The notes under the pieces are model-generated. The model was not told where the DNA came from. It did not search any database and was given only the letters and a program-made list of their open reading frames with translations. Of a stretch of DNA of 64,000 nt, positions 61,595 to 64,000 are shown piece by piece. Both the position numbers and the translations under genes were made by a program. Positions within the stretch are counted from its first letter, which is position 1, and every line of letters begins with the position of its first letter. Origin of the DNA: Lama glama (Eukaryota); NCBI GenBank assembly GCA_028534125.1, contig CM052816.1, positions 9,302,001 through 9,366,000 on the forward strand. Reading direction: 5' to 3'.

Positions 61595-64000
61595 GTGTAT
61601 ATGCTTCCCTTTAAATAATAAGTAAGCATTAGGAAAAATACCTTTTAATGAACTTTCACAGGTAACAATGACCAACCAATGGAATTTCTAGAAATCAAGA
61701 CTTTTCCAGCCGCAAATGACATAAGCTAAAACTATTCTGTGCAAAAGACAGCATGTGTGATGTCTTGCTTTATGTACAGCCAGTCTGAGGGGCTCAGATA
61801 CTGTCATCAAAACACAGCTTTTCTCTTCTTCTTTCAGCTCTCTTTTTTCCCATAGGTTGATTTCATTCTTTCCAAATATAGCAGGTGGGCAATTTTCATC
61901 TGTGGGGCAATAAGGCAGTAAGCAAATTTGGGTTCACATTTTTTTCTGCTTCTTGAACCTAGAAAGTAAACTCTCTATTCCAAAGCAGAGGACCCCAGGG
62001 AAGGACTTAGATTGGCCCAGCTGAGGCTGCATACACTCCTGTGAAACCATCACTGTGGTCAACAGAAAGGACACTCTGTGTGACAGGGCCTGGCCTACCT
62101 GCCTACCCCTGTGCTGATACTGAAGGAGATGCAAAGACTACTGTGACTAGTGGGACCTCTGGGAATCACATAATTCAAATCATGCAGTTTCTTACAGTGG
62201 GTCCATTGAGGGTTGACCCGTTGAGCATATCTCAGCATTGCTGATCAGGGTGCAGCCCATTCCTTTTAGACTTAGCATGATCAGTGCTGACTTACAATTC
62301 CTTCTTTTTTTGAAGGCCAAGGATAAAAAGCTGAAATTGCTATGAGTTGGTAGGCAGAGAGGAGACATTATCTTTTTTCCCTCTTAACAGCTTCTTTCTT
62401 ACATTAGCTGACAATAAAAAAACATGGAGTTTCTATTGGTCCAAAGCAAGCAGGTCGAGTTTTCAATAGAGATGCCTGTTTCACGCTGAGTTCTTTAATA
62501 GAGGGGTCCTATTTGGCAGGCTTGTTGTTGTGTTCCAAGCACACAGTACCCAGATTGGGATATAGCTGTTGCTCAAAAAATGTTTGTTGAGGCAAAGAAG
62601 GAAGGAAGGAAAGAAGCAAAGAAAAGGGAGAGAGGGAGAGAAGGAAGGAGAGAAGAAGGGAGTTGATCTAACAGCATATTGGGTTAGGTTCTTAAGATAC
62701 CAGATATAAATATGTCCAAGGAAAACTCTTAACTTTAAGGTGAAAGTTTTGAAGATTCACGGAGCGTCTTATCAAGCAGCAAAACTACAAAGAATAAAAT
62801 TATTTGTTAGCAAAGATTGATAGCATTTAAGACCAGAAAGAAAGAAAAAGTATGTATGCCTCATATATTCATTTTATTTAATATTTTGCTTCTGAAGAAC
62901 ATTTGTTTCCTTTTTAATGGTTATAACATTTTAGCAAATACACACACGCACCTACTCTATAAAACATTATTCTCATTCTTGGTTACCTGCACTTTCAGGA
63001 ACTCTCTCCATCTGGACAATGAAACTGAAGGCAATGCTTCACCACTTGCCTTACTCATGGATAAAATATCCATGAGAAATCCTGAGACTCTGTGGGGCAG
63101 AGCTGTCAGTGGAAACATTAGATAACATTAGCAGACAGCACACAACTTGAAGACTATCAAGTACGGGAAATACAGACCAATTCCAGTCGGTGTTAGGCTA
63201 CTAGTAGGAATGGAACTGTGATTGCTGTGGCCTGGAGCCATTGGCTGGGTTTTCATAGAGGACTTGGCAGTTAAAACAGGACTCAGAGTAGTTGGGAAGA
63301 ATTTATAGAGAAAAATAGCAATGGAGAGGCAGAGTCAGGAGCACCAGAACAGACAGAATAAAGAAAGGCACAAGAAGTGCTTGAGACCAAATAAGAGAAT
63401 TCAAATGACAGTAGTACAGACTATGAGTTAGGAAAACAAAGCAGCTATGATGGGCCAGGGTCAGGACTGGAATGTTAGGGAATGATTTTCGGGCTTACAT
63501 TTGATAGCCATATGGAAGCTACTGGAAGTTCTTGAGTCTAGGACTGACATGAAGAAAATGTAAGGAAGATAAGCTGTGTGTTGAGTAGATTAAGAAGTGG
63601 AGAGACCAGAGGCAGGAAGAACTGTGGAAAGGGCATTCATTGCAGGGCTCAGCCTCAGGGAGGGAACCAGCAGGAGGCAGGTAGTTCGGGGAGAGACACT
63701 ACCATGATGGTTTTCAAGCTTGAGACACTGACCAAGTCTTTTAAAGGAAAAAGAGATTTCTTGTGGTTCCCAGTGTTGACATTTCTCTTAGTAGAATGTT
63801 ATCTACATATAAACAAACACAAAATAGGAGTAAATTGCTCATTTTAAGCTTGTATACAATTAAAATAGCAAAAACAAAGTTGTAAATTAAATGTAGATAA
63901 AATTACAAAATAACTACAAATTAAGTGGACACATTTATTTAAGTGTGAAGGATAATCCTGTTTGACTGAAGGGAATTCTCTGCTCATACCTGCTCCGGAA

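Overview
Mammalian genomic DNA, most likely a camelid (inferred from the young L1 3' ends, a 418-aa artiodactyl-type receptor, and no recognisable Alu, B1/B2, Bov-A/BovB, PRE-1 or Can-SINE). The only protein-coding gene is the intronless beta-2 adrenergic receptor ADRB2 (minus strand, CDS 3666-4922). Around it are a 19-codon upstream ORF missing from the ORF track (4960-5019), a CpG-island promoter with CRE, CCAAT and GC boxes, and a ~545-nt 3'UTR with let-7, miR-15/16 and miR-30 seed sites, a U-rich element and polyA signals. The remaining ~58 kb is upstream intergenic DNA rich in MIR, L2, old L1M, MaLR/ERVL LTRs, hAT/mariner MITEs and several young lineage-specific L1 fragments, with two 500-N gaps. 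I found no convincing new biological system. The most notable observations are the uORF, receptor substitutions (Thr202 next to the catechol-binding serines; Ala261), candidate distal GRE/AP-1/CRE/NF-kB sites, and clear L1 insertion footprints: two twin-priming inversions, a 22-nt 3' transduction, a poly(A)-only insertion and a 3'-truncated copy. One gap appears to be a false duplication. Repeat family names are recognised by eye and their boundaries are approximate.
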